Positions 33,863-45,997 of a stretch of 64,000 bases of DNA are shown piece by piece. Origin of the DNA: Schizochytrium sp. TIO01 (taxonomy: Eukaryota; Protista; Bigyra: Labyrinthulomycetes). Position 1 is the first letter of the stretch, and each line of letters opens with the position of its first letter. The notes beneath the pieces were generated by a model that saw only the letters and a list, made by a program, of their open reading frames with translations, was not told the origin of the DNA and did not search any database. Both the position numbers and the translations under genes were made by a program. The DNA is taken from positions 1,054,001-1,118,000 of the forward strand of contig SMSO01000032.1 of the NCBI GenBank assembly GCA_004764695.1. The letters run 5' to 3'.

Positions 33863-34188
33863 CGAACGAACGAACGAACGAATTAATCCATCCATACAGT
33901 TGGCCTAACTAGATACATACATACATTCATTCATTCATTCATTCATTCACATACATACATACATACATTCATTCATTCATGGGCTGAGAGCCTCCGCTCC
34001 GGCTTCTTGAGCCAGTCCTCTCCGTGGCCGGAAATACGCAGTTCGCAGCTCTTTTGCTCGAATGCCGTGCTGTTGCTCAAATGCTCTCCGTCGCTCATTC
34101 GTTGGCGAATCGAGCACTCGATTTGGGCTTCTTTGAAGGGCAAATCCACGGCTGCAGGCGAATGGAATGGAATGGAATGGAATGGAAT
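33863..34188. repeat. Compound microsatellites (ACGA)n, (ATAC)n, (ATTC)n, (GAATG)n
   Basis: Runs at 33863-33881, 33913-33980 and 34160-34188. Confidence 0.9.
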
Positions 34189-36091
34189 CAGAAGTTCCTC
34201 CGCACATCTCCCCTCCCCGCCTGTAAAGCGCAACAGCGGTGCGGAGGTCCCAGACTCGCCGCGGTACCTGCTACGCCTCGTAACTGGGACGTTGGCGGCT
34301 TTGTGGTTGCCAGGAGCGCCTGAATTTCCTCTGCGAAAGCGCTACATCGCTAATCATTTGAGGCGCATTGCATTACGAGTAAAGCAGCGGCAGCTCAAGA
34401 CCTAGGAGTTCATAGGAGGTAAGAAGCGGGCGCGGCGCGTTGGGAGAATTGGCGCCAGGACACCACAAGCAGTGTACACCAACTCGAAACCAACAAGAAG
34501 CCGTGGAGATTCTTGATAGGGATGGCGCAGTTGGCAACAGTAATAGCGGTAAGGTGAACGAGGTGACCTGGTGCCTGTGTGCTTTAGGTTGATTGAATAG
34601 AGCTCGGCCTGGGACTTGACCTGCCTGTAATTCCAGTCTGTCGCTGTAATTGCCGCGCCGAGAGAGCAAAAGCACGGAGTAGCTCAGGTGGGCGCAGCGA
34701 AATTGACGCCCGGAGTCATCGAAACGAGCAGAAAAGGCTCTAGGGGACTGATGTAAGGCAAGTTTCCATAGAGCAACAACCGCGACGTAGCAATACCTAG
34801 GAGCTCGTACCTTGCAAGCTATTGTAAGGAAAGCCCGTAGCTAGTAGATAGCTAGATAGAAGATAGTCTGTAGAGGAGGTCATTCATTCCTGCATGCATC
34901 CACAGTATCATCTCTACTAAGTGCTGGTATTGGGCTAGGTTCCGTCACATAAAGCACTATAACATATGGCTTGCTCTTAGATGTGTGGATAAATTCTGCG
35001 ATTCACTGTCAATGTGGACAGGGCGGCTTCACGTATTGTGAAGATGCCTCAGACACAGCAGAGTTGCATTCACAACATCAAACTTTCTAGAGAAAAAACA
35101 TCTCATGGGTCTGTTCTATATACGAACATCTGAAATAATGTACTACCTGCTCAAAGTAAAGTTGAGCTTGCACAACTCCCACCTGAAGTACACTGTAAGG
35201 TCGTACCTACCGAAATGTATCTTTAGTGCATTATTCTCTAACATGTGTGTGCAGACAGGAGAGCCGTACTTGTAATCTATTGCTCAAGACTAGGCCTTGG
35301 CCACGGATTTAGGTCTGGCCTCAAAATTGGCTCAACTGGATACACCTGCCTTCATATTGTATCAAATTGTGTTTTGCTCATATTCTTTGCAATGCAAAGT
35401 CATTAAAATAGAGGGCTGGGTGTTCAGTCTATATACTACTTCGTGAACGCCTTTATTGCTATTATATGAATCCACGCCTAAATAGTGCAAGATTCCTTAG
35501 ACGCCCATGCAAAGTTCGCTTTGCAACTTAACCACCTCTTCAGAGACCATCAAAGGTATGGATGGCACAGTAATATGTTAATATGCTTTAGAAAAGAGAG
35601 TAGCATTGATTGCCGCTAGTATGAGGAAATAAAGAAATGTGCGACCCCAATAGTTTGAATGCTTGGTCCAGGGTTGGCATGCATATACATGTGCGCAGCA
35701 GCTACAATTCGACACATCACACATAAATTCTCTGGCAATAATCTCACGTTTCTGGCACAAATGCTCGTTTTATTGGTCACAATTCCTATCAAACTTTTGT
35801 ATAACATCAAGCTCCTATGGTTTGAATCACCATATCGTTTATGAAAGAAAAGTAGGGTCTTATGATAGTGCAAGGGACTTAAGATTGTGGATCTGATTAT
35901 TGTTGACGCACGTACCTGCCCTATAGTTACCACTAACCACACCTTAGTGTCATGAAGAAGACACAGCGTGATCGTGATGATAAAACAATTCGTTGGGTCT
36001 CGTCGTAGTCCTGCAGTCTATCCTGGCACCAGCCTGCTATCTACCAGGGGCAGCGTGGGCCGCAGCGAAGAGAACCAAAACGAAAGCACTC

Positions 36092-37481
36092 ATGCTACGG
36101 TTGGTCAACACACGCATTCTCCGCGACGGAAAGCTCGTAGACGACTGACGTGTGGATCGACGCACACAATGGAACGGTGGTGGACCCTATGCGCCGGTTC
36201 TACGAAGCGAAAAGCTCGAAAGAGCTCGAGCAAGAGCAAAAGGTTGATTGCCACGGAGCAGTAGTAGCACCAGGTTTTATTGATCTTCAGCTTAACGGAT
36301 GCTATGGCATTGATTTTTCAAACGTGGAGCAAATGAAGAACCGAGAAAATATTCGTAAATGTTGCCGTGAGCTGGTGAAAACTGGCGTCACGGCTTTCTG
36401 CCCCACTCTCATCTCTCTCAAACCTCACGAGTACAAAGAAATTCTTCAACAGTTTGCAGAGTTTCTAGCTGATGATCAAGAGCAGCAGCAACAGAACCAG
36501 GGAGCACGCATTCTTGGCTTGCACCTCGAAGGTCCGTTCTTCAACCCAGCCAAAATCGGAGCGCATCCAGCAGAAAACATTCTGTCTCCTGAAAATGGTC
36601 TTCAAAAAACATATCAACATGACCTTGATAATGTTTGCCTCTTTACATTGGCCCCAGAGCAGCCTGGGGCATTAGACGTCATTCGTGATCTTCGCGCGAA
36701 AGGGATTACAGTCTCTATTGGTCATTCTGGAGCTGCACTAGCAGAAGCCGACGCCGGTATCTCAGCTGGTGCATCCATGATTACTCACCTATTCAACGCG
36801 ATGGGTGCTTTTCATCATCGCGACCCGGGCATTATTGGCCTCTTAGGGCGGCATCAACTGCGTGACCGAGTCAACTTTGGTATCATTTGTGATGGATTGC
36901 ATGTCAACCCAGCATCTGTTGCGATGGCATATCAGAGTCATCGCAAAGGTGCCGTACTTATTACGGACGCGATGTCTGGTATGGGCCTACCCACTGGTAC
37001 ACATGCACTTGGAAGCCAACAAGTAGAGATTACTTGGGCGCAACAACCCGATACCGAGCCAGTTGAAGTAACACCAGATCAGCATAGTGTGAGTAGTGTT
37101 CTGAGAAATGATGATGGTACTATGGGTGCTAGATCTCGAACAAATAGCATCGGGTCTCGCGTGCGTCTTTCTTCTACCAGAAAATCCAAGAAAGCTGTCG
37201 TCAGTGGTACAGATACTCTCGCAGGCAGCGTTGTTAGCATGGAGGAATGTGTTCAGAATTTTCATATATTCACTGGCTGCTCAATTGCAGAGACTTTAGA
37301 GGCCGCTACTAGTCACCCTGCACGGGTGCTAGGACTACCAGCAACTCAAGGAAATCTCAATTTTGGATCAGTCGCGGACTTTGTCGTTCTCGATCCCCAT
37401 ACACTCCAAGTATGGGCAACATTTCGCAATGGTCATTGCGTTTATCAGAGCCCAAAAATGCCATTCGCATTTACTTCTTAA
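36092..37481 (+). CDS. AMDHD2: N-acetylglucosamine-6-phosphate deacetylase (nagA/AMDHD2); needs a +1 frame change within 36138-36149
   Basis: The ATG 36092 frame gives MLRLVNTRILRDGKLVDD*, matching the AMDHD2 N-terminus LQFTNCRILRGGKLL. The +1 frame continues DVWID..PGFIDLQLNG, GVTAFCPT, HLEGPF, GHS, THLFNAM, DGLH, ITDAM, TLAGS. Catalytic motifs are intact. Confidence 0.92.
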
Positions 37482-38509
37482 AGCTTCTCGTCGTTTTTTG
37501 TGTATTAGTATATTCGAACCGCACTCGTATCAAACTTGGATTCAAACTTAGCTGCATATGCCCATAGCAACCAGCTCTCCAAAAGTGAGTGATTTTGTAC
37601 CTCTCTGAGGGTTAGCTAGTATTCTTTCAAACGTAGAAATAACTTATTTGCGAGTCATTCAGCCTGACTAATTGCTGCTATAACTTTTAAAAAAACAATC
37701 TTGAACAATCAAGTGCAATAATGCATATGTGCTTAGTTTATTTTAGCTCTTTCTATTCATTCTGCTGATCACAGAACTGATAGTTTTTGGCAATCTAACA
37801 GTGAGGTGTGATAGAAATTGAAAATTGTTTTCTTTTCGAAGTGATCAATACTAGCATACTGATCGTGAAGCATATATTGGGTCTTCAGCATACTATCGAA
37901 CTTGTTTGACACTGCTCCTGAGATTTAAAGAGAACAAAAAGAAGTAAGCGAAAGCCTCGCATGAGTTTTGAGAAGAAAAAAACTCATTAAGCTACTATAC
38001 TGTCTAAATAATCACGAAACAATGCTGTTACTATCGAAAGGTCAATGCTGAAACTTAACAAAAGGTGTACTTACCGACTAATGGTTTGCTAATCTAAAAA
38101 TTGCACCTTAGACATCCTTAATATCTTGTTGCCATGTGTAGAGTATATTGGACTTAATGATGGAATACGGGTATCATAACAGGGCAGGCTCCTGTGCAAA
38201 GTCTCAGCCATCAGTTCATGTCTCGTGTAAGTGCAATGTAAATGTATGAACAATAGCTGCAAATAGATAAACTATTTGTTTGGACCGTAGTAACCACCAA
38301 TGGCAACCTATGCACGGATTTTGCTCCTCATTGCCATAGGTCTTGCAAAGTATTGACAAGGGCTCTTACTGTATTTCAAAAATCCAGTTGCCCAATGCTG
38401 ATCTCAGAAATACGAGTTTTCCTTTTTTGCAAAGCATTTGAGGTGCAGTCAACCTAAGCTGAGTTGCTATTCGTGAAAATATCAGTACATCTAATTTGTA
38501 ACAAAACCT

Positions 38510-38542
38510 TCTCTCATTTCAGATGTCTCTCATTTCAGATGT
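38510..38542. repeat. 16-bp tandem duplication (TCTCTCATTTCAGATG)x2
   Basis: Exact adjacent duplication in AT-rich intergenic DNA. Confidence 0.85.
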
Positions 38543-39961
38543 AGCTTAAAGTACCTTTCAAAGGGTAAATGTCATTATTTGAAGCGAACGCGTGCTGTAT
38601 AGTTTTGAACTATGCTTTTGTCTACTTATTTGTTGCCTTCTGGAGGATTGGACTAGACAGTCAATCTAACGTAATGTCTTATCCACTCAATCTATTCTAC
38701 CTAGAGGTCTCAATCTGTAAGTATAAACTTGATACCATTCCTATCTCTTTCGTGTTCGTCGGCAATCATCCTTCGACAACTTGCTTGGGAACCCTCTCTT
38801 CAGAGCACCTCTCCACGCTTCACAACACAAAACACTCTTCAGTAAACCTTAGAACCGAAGGAATTGCACTCGTGGGCCAAGAACTACGACTATACATATA
38901 TTGTTGATATGATCCCTTGATCAGTAATCTGAACTCATTTGTCTATCATCTACGTTTACGGCAAGGCATTTCATTAAAATTATCCCGTGAAGTAATGTCA
39001 TATCTTTTAGTCTGATTTGGTTTACAACAGCATTAGTTTTAAAAAACAACAATGTTGTCGTATTCGACATGTTCGTCTGATTTTGCATAGTTTACACATG
39101 TAAGATATTATCAGAAAGCTTACTCATCCTTTTACAAAGCTTCTAAAAAACATTGAAAGTCTAAGGTATTAGATTGGTTACTGGATTGTTCACGAAAGGA
39201 ATTTATTTTTGAAAGCATATATCCTTCTACCTACCTACATATGGAAGTAATATATAGCTATTGCCTATTCTAACATTATACATTCACCCCTGCCTGTATG
39301 CAGACCCGACACCCCAATAAGGCATATATTATCATCATCTTCCTCTTTCTCCTGAGTTCGCCATCATTGTCAAACTACCTCTGCACGCTTCACAGTACAA
39401 GCTGTCCTGCAATACTACCTGTCACAGGATAGCTTTTAAAACTGAGATATATCGTTGTGCATTGTTTATTTAATTTTCCAAAAGCAATTCAACTTGAACA
39501 TTCCCCTGACCTTGCGGATTTCTATTAAGATATTTAGGCAGTTAAGCTAATGCTATAAATTCCAGATGGATACCTTGGTGCTAAAATGACACTCTTTCTT
39601 TGTGAGTTCGAAATACTTTCACATTATGATACTAAACGCTTTGTCTCAGGGCCTTTGGTTGATAATTCCATAAGATGTTACTAGAATTTTATACTTTGAA
39701 CATAGCTGTTACTTTTTATTCCATCTGTTTATATCACTCCGTTTGCTTCTATGTTGTTAATCATACTTTGAATCCAATTGTTGCTTCAGGTAGTCTCGAG
39801 GTAAGAGTTGCAATTGCTTTATGCGTGCTCCTTTCCCGATGTGTTGATCTTTGGTATATTGTTAGGTTGAGAGGTCACTTTGGTTGACTTCTTTCAGAAG
39901 CATCAAAGTTGAAAACTGGCATTTTGGAATAATAAGAAAAATGGGCACATAAATCACCACT

Positions 39962-40981
39962 CTATTGCTGATCGTGTTGGTGTTGGTGTTGGTGTTGGTG
40001 TTGGTGCTGGTGCTGGTGTTGGTGTTGCTGATTTTCCAGCATAAGTTGTTCAGCAACCTGCCACATCTGTTCGCGTTTGATCTCCATATCAGAGGGGAGG
40101 TGCGGGAAAACATCTTGGAGTTTGAATGATGGTTTAGCGCTCGAGTCGGCTTCCGTGCTCTTAAGATGCCCAAGGTATGCGGACATAATTTTTTCTGCAA
40201 ACGCACATGCAAAAACACCACAGTCATAACCATTGTTTTGCTGAGGGCAGGGCACGGGCTTAATTTCAGCTGGGTCAATACTAGCATCAGAGAATAACGA
40301 TGAAAGTCTTGCAGCAGTAACTTTAGCTGATTCAAGAACCTCTCCACCCGCTGCGTTCAGCGAGGAGTCAAAATGGTAATAGCCGTCACCTCGATGTACA
40401 GCAATTAAAGTCCAGTGAGAGCCACCGCCTTCTTCCGCGTCAGCATCAACAATGGGGACAAGGACAAGGTTAGCTTTGGACAACTGGCGGAAAATATTGT
40501 CCGGGGTGTCCGCTAGGAGGTCCTCATCATCCAGAAATTGCATCGAAAATGCTGCTGCTGGTTGAAGCATTAAGCTACCCGACTCTTTTGACTCAGGGAA
40601 CAACTTTGTCTCTAAATATTGCTGCCAAAACAATACACAGTGGTCGTTGAGCCATCCTGTCCCACGTAAAAGCTTCATGTCACCTTCGTAAAGCATTGCA
40701 TCTCCGAGGCTCACCAACACCTAATTATTTATGAATGCCAATAGGAAAATAGAACTCAAGTTAGTGCGCCATTTACAGATGGGGTCATCTAGCTTTTCAT
40801 GGTCCTGTTAAGCAACGATAACCCTGTAGGAACGATCGGCAGCCTTTTTAGCCTAACTCTAAGTCTAATCTTCACAGATGATCAATTTCTCTCTTAGTCA
40901 CACTCCCCCACTTACCTCTGGTGTTGCCGACGGAGACAAGTTTGAGGATGAAGTCGACTCAGTGGTAGTCGTTGTTGTCAT
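39962..40981 (-). CDS. SENP8: NEDD8-specific protease (SENP8/DEN1, peptidase C48); exons 40981-40916 and 40720-39962
   Basis: Exon 1 MTTTTTTESTSSSNLSPSATPE joins in phase 0 (GTAAGT..TTAG intron 40915-40721) to VLVSLGDAMLYEGD..WLND..GGSHWTL..HFDS..PQQNNGYDCG (His-Asp-Cys triad). C-terminal (QH)n tail. Confidence 0.92.
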
Positions 40982-41525
40982 TGCGTCAATAGCTGGGTTT
41001 CAAAGGTTAGCTTTCAAGTCGTTCCGTCTACAAGAATCTCAAGCTCAAGGGTTGAGGTGACTCCTCTGATTCACGTTCACGTTCTGCTTCAAAATGCGAA
41101 GAACGAAATAAAGTACACCGAGACAGTGCTTCAACATCGGAACTGGTGTATTTTGTATATAAGCTATAAGAATAGGCTAGTTTTTACTACTGAGATTTGA
41201 TCTCTGACACTGTTTATTCATCTTTGGAAAGTAAAACCATCGTACATCGTCTTTAGACTTCAATCCCAGCACAGCTACGTTCAACGACGAAGAAAAGCGT
41301 TCGATCCGCCTTCAACTTAACGAGCCCACGCGTTTATTAACTCATTTGATACCAAATTACATTACAAGAAACGACTTGTTATTGCAAGATTCTGAGGATT
41401 TAATTCTCAATAATAGAAGATTGAATGACGCCGGAGAATCTACCTAGTTACTAGCAAACTCCGCCGGTTTTGAACTGCCACAATCCTTAAAGCCTTGGTT
41501 TGGGCCTTCAGTGGTTTGTAAGAAG

Positions 41526-42947
41526 ATGCTCGAGGCCAGCTCGAGCAGCGAGGCGCCCGCGGGCAGTTTAAGGGCCTCCTCATCTCCCTCCACATCGTCT
41601 CCGTTACAGCAATATCATGGAAGACCTGGCCGTAACGAGGCCTCTGGTGAGGCCGATCAAATGCTTTTCGATGCTGAGTCAGGACTCCCTGTGGCCCGGA
41701 ACGGAGTTCGTGTTGGGAACTCATCTCTTGATGATATCTCCATCGATGGAAATGTTAATGGAGTATCGGGGCAGCCTCGTGTGGTTCGTGCTCATCATTC
41801 GTGCTTGGGCTTTGTTGGACGTCACTGTGGTCCCATGTTGCTCTTCTTGACTCTTGGTGCAGTCCTTGGAGGTATGATCATTAGGCAAAACCCGCAAATC
41901 GAGTATGAGATTATCAACAATGCTACCTTGTGGTCGTTTCAAGACAAATGCGACGCTAGTCTCGTCAGCAACTATAATTTACCACGCGTAGTGCAAGATT
42001 CCTATTGCGTAGAGCACCATGACAGGACATCCACATTTGCGACCAAACTCAATGGAGACAGCATTAACTTTGTGGTTATTGGTGACTGGGGAAGAGATGG
42101 TATGTGCTGTCAACGGGACGTTGCTGTTGAAATGGGATACGCGGCAAGGTCTATAGGAGCCTCTGCAGTACTCAACACTGGTGATAACTTCTACCCGCTC
42201 GGCATCCCATCGGCAACACATGAGCAGGTCAAAACCTCATGGCAGAATGTCTACAACGTTGATGGTTTGAAGAATCTGACCTGGTATAGCGTGTTGGGCA
42301 ATCATGACTACTACGGAAGCGCTTCAGCAGAGCTTGAAATGCATAAGCTCTATCCCCACTGGCATATGCCCGACCGTTACTATGCGCATGAGTTCACTAG
42401 CGCAGGTAACGATGTGACTATACTTGGTGTTTTCTTGGACACCACCCCTATGCTCTCAGCGTACACCAATACTGCAAATGTGAAAAAATTCTGGGCAGAA
42501 AATCAAACATCGGCCTCAGCCTACTTAGATGCGCAGGTGCGTTTTATAGATGAGACTTTTGCAAATTCCACGGCAACATGGAAAATGGTCGTGGCACACC
42601 ATCCTGTTTATACCTCAAGTGACCATTATGCTGAAGATCATACGACTCTACGAAACGCACTTCGTCCTGTTCTTGATAAACACAATGTTGCTGTGTACTT
42701 CAATGGTCACGACCATGGACTGGAAGAGCATTCGCCTGTGAGTGCAAAGTCAAAGTTTATTCTTTCTGGTGGAGGTGCCCAAGTGCGCCCAACAATGATC
42801 GTACGCGATACTGGTTTCAAGTTCCACTACGGAGAACAAGGTGGTTTCGTATCATTTTCTGCAAACAAGACAGCCCTCCTTGTCCAATTTCTGGATTTCC
42901 GTGGCAATCTGCTCTACGAAACCTCACAGAGTCAATCCAATCTTTGA
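41526..42947 (+). CDS. Purple acid phosphatase (ACP5/PAP17-type metallophosphoesterase), type II membrane-anchored
   Basis: All five PAP blocks: GDWG, GDNFY, GNHD, VAHH, GHDH. A single TM segment MLLFLTLGAVLGGMII follows about 100 N-terminal residues; many N-glycosylation sequons downstream. Confidence 0.92.
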   Translation: MLEASSSSEAPAGSLRASSSPSTSSPLQQYHGRPGRNEASGEADQMLFDAESGLPVARNGVRVGNSSLDDISIDGNVNGVSGQPRVVRAHHSCLGFVGRHCGPMLLFLTLGAVLGGMIIRQNPQIEYEIINNATLWSFQDKCDASLVSNYNLPRVVQDSYCVEHHDRTSTFATKLNGDSINFVVIGDWGRDGMCCQRDVAVEMGYAARSIGASAVLNTGDNFYPLGIPSATHEQVKTSWQNVYNVDGLKNLTWYSVLGNHDYYGSASAELEMHKLYPHWHMPDRYYAHEFTSAGNDVTILGVFLDTTPMLSAYTNTANVKKFWAENQTSASAYLDAQVRFIDETFANSTATWKMVVAHHPVYTSSDHYAEDHTTLRNALRPVLDKHNVAVYFNGHDHGLEEHSPVSAKSKFILSGGGAQVRPTMIVRDTGFKFHYGEQGGFVSFSANKTALLVQFLDFRGNLLYETSQSQSNL

Positions 42948-44214
42948 GATACCTAGGTTCGGGTCTGTGTAAAAGGGGTTTCCCTTCTCTTTTTGCTCCT
43001 TGCTCATCTCATGCCATTCTAGCTTACTTCTGATTCCATTTGATTCCATTCGTTCTTTTGCATACCGAGGGTGCCATCTTATATGCTCTGCGTTCGATAT
43101 CTCTCCTTGTATATGATGCTCGTTAAGCAAAGCGCCATGGAAAATGGCAAGCCAAAGGATGGAGCCTTCTGCTACTCTGATACTGCTGCTTCCGTACCTT
43201 TCGAAGACAAATCTCTTCAGTTTTCAAGCTATCCATGTTACCTTCCTTTTTCTTTCCTTTTTCATGCGCATTGCCCCTGATCAACCCACAAAGAGTAGCC
43301 TAAACAATCTTTAACTTTACGTTTTGTTATTTTGAAAAGCTGCAGTCAGGCAGCGACTTGTCCTACAGTCGCAATTGGTAACGCACTTAATGCCTAGCAT
43401 TCCAAAGAATCGATAACCTCGAGGGTTCTACTACTATCGATGCTCCTTTACATTTTCAAAGAAACCTCAGCTGCTGCGGTCATGAGTCCCACATGAATTT
43501 TGAAGACTACATCTCTTATCGCAATGTCGCTTAAGTTCAATTCTGTGACTCTGCGCCTCAAAAAGTCCCAGCCCTGATCTTCATTTGGAACATCAACCCC
43601 CACTTTTAGCATTAAAAAAAAATAAAGTATAAATATGAGTGTGCAGTATCACCACTTTTCACCCACTGGAAACTCTCAATTTACTTCTCTCAAGCCTCAT
43701 TCGGTTGAGAGTCGAGTCCACAATCTTCAAGTTCAAACCCTCTTGAGCTGCCTTTCTTTGATCATAAACCCACCCACCGCCTTAAGTTCTGCAATTCTAT
43801 TCGACCCAATCTCCGACCCTGTTTTTTTTCACGCGCGAAGAGATTTCTTTAGGATAGCGCAGGAGCGGCTACTCCTAACGGGCGGCTAAGCACTGCTATA
43901 CGAACAATTCCATGACCTCGTGGGAACGTGAGAACGTGATGAGCAAGGTCACTTTGGGCAGACTTTTCCACGCGTGGCGTGGCACGGCTGCCATCGTTTC
44001 CATGTCCAGGCCTCACAGTGATGCAGAGCAAAGGCCGTCTCCACTGCAGTCGGCCCAAGCCAATCTCGCAGACATGAGCAGCCCACGAATGGACCGTGCA
44101 TAAAGCAAGCATGACCAAGCAAGTTGCGCTGTCGTCACGTACCCGACTTAAGCCCACCTTTCGACGCAGTGGATGCCCATCTAAACAACCCGCGAGCGTC
44201 AGCTTCTATCCTGT

Positions 44215-45188
44215 CTGTTTGTTTGTTTGACGGTCTGTCTGTCTGTCTGTCTGTCTGTCAGAACCCGGCTCAAGTAAGGCCCAGAGCCCCGCCCGGAGCT
44301 TCCAGGGGCGAAGAGATGGACACTGCTGCCTCGCTGATCCGCGAGGACTCCAGAGTCTCTCGCAAAACGCTCCAGCAGACATGTATGGATTGCGATATGG
44401 ATTGATTGAGTGATTGATTGATTGATGGATTGTATCATGCATAGAATATTTGAATATTTGAATATTTGAATATTCATAAATAACACGGTCACCATATCTC
44501 AAAAATCGAAGAACTCGAAGAACTCCGTTGCAGAGCAAAGACACGACGCGGCGAGCATCTCCAGTTGCGCACCACGGCAGGCAGGCAGGCAGGTAGGCGG
44601 AAGGCAAGGCAGGCAGGCAGGCAGCAGGCGAGGAAGCTCGGGCATCGGCGGCAGCGGAGACCGCGTCGGGAAGTTAGTAGTTGTGAGTTCTGTCGAAGAG
44701 AACGAAGCGATCAACTGTTGCGGCAAAGAGAAAGGCGAAAGACAGAAGGAAGTCCTCCGGCAGAGCCGAGGCTTGCAGCAAGCTTGGCGGGGGATAGAGA
44801 AAGAGGTGTCTGCCAGAGGCCGTCCGCCCGGCGGGTACAGCGGCAAGCCCGAGTGCAGGAGGCCGGAGTTGCGAAGAAGAGAAAGCTTGGAAAAGCAGAA
44901 TTTCAAACTTTCATAAAATTCAAATTTTTTTCAAGTTGTGAAAAGGGGTTGTTCTGTTCTTTTCAGTCCTTCCTACTTTGGGTACTACTACCTCTTCTGT
45001 TATCCACTCTTAGTAGAACTTTTGCTACTAGGGTTCTTCTTAACTGCTGCTAAGTAGAGGAGTCCATCCTTTTGGAAGAGTCGGGCACAGTAGCCTTTAC
45101 ATAGGCACTACCCTATTAGGCACTGAGGAGCAAAAAGAGACGGTCTTTGACAAATAAACAAACAAACAAACAAACAAACACAAACAAA
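44215..45188. repeat. Microsatellite cluster (TGTT/TGTC)n, (GATT)n, (GAATATTT)x3, (GGCA)n, (AAAC)n
   Basis: Visible runs in the roughly 3 kb noncoding region upstream of the BCAS3-like gene. Confidence 0.85.
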
Positions 45189-45997
45189 CCAAAAAACAAA
45201 AGAATTGTGAGTAAGAACTTGAAAAGAAGAAAAGAATCTCACAAGAGAAAGAAGAAAAAACTCTCAAGGCTCATCTTCTCCGCCGCGTTTCTCTCCGCTT
45301 GAGGCGTAAGAGCTCTTGAAATCCAGGCCCCGAGCGCGAAACACGTCCCACCACGAGTTTGCACGCACGCACGCGTTGCACAAGGGAAACAAACCTGAAG
45401 ACAAAGGCGAAAGCGGGAGAAAAGGCTGAAGGAACACTCTCGATCTATCTCTCTAGTTCCTATTTATTACCTACCTAGACAGACGCCTAAGCATCACTAA
45501 CCACTGCTACGGGGGAGAGGCATAGAAGAGTGCTATTGTAAAACATAACTGGAGCCTACCCGAAAAGTCTTGCCTCTCTTCAACTTTCTATACCCACCTT
45601 ATCCGTGGGTACCTAATATACCGTATATATATTCGAGAGAGAGAAAGAAGTACTTCAATCCTCGCGCCATATCAACAGCCCATTTTTACGTCTACCCTGT
45701 GCGGCTTAAGCACAATTAGCTTTGTAAAATTGCAGTTCAAAGCCCAGACAACAGTTAAATATCACCGCCTTCAAGACAAGAGCAACAGCGAAATAAAGAA
45801 CTTCCAGTTGGGCACATTCTTCATACACAATCATTTCCATTGTAGCGAATAGGTGCATAGTTTGCTCTACAGAAAGCCTCCACTTGGTATAGTAGACAAT
45901 AAAGTGAATACTATAGAGTATAGGTTTCCACTGTAGAGCATAGCAGGTACTGGATCAAATAGCAGAAGGAGACGAAGAAGGAGCTGAAGAAAGGCCG

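Noticed and set aside
34600-34740. SRP RNA-like words (GCCTGTAATTCCAG, GAAACGAGCAG)
   Set aside because: The helix 8 stem and upstream CAGG motif do not form; spacing is too short and there is no Pol III terminator.
36146-36148. TGA in nagA as selenocysteine or readthrough
   Set aside because: Homology continues in the +1 frame, not in frame.
38150-38280. Cys-rich fragment SCKCN/KCMNNSCK resembling the C-terminus of Ginger/integrase-type transposases
   Set aside because: Too short and frame-broken; no integrase core recognised nearby.
43849-45053. Several 60-160 aa ORFs upstream of BCAS3
   Set aside because: Translations of microsatellites (RQAG, TDRQ repeats).
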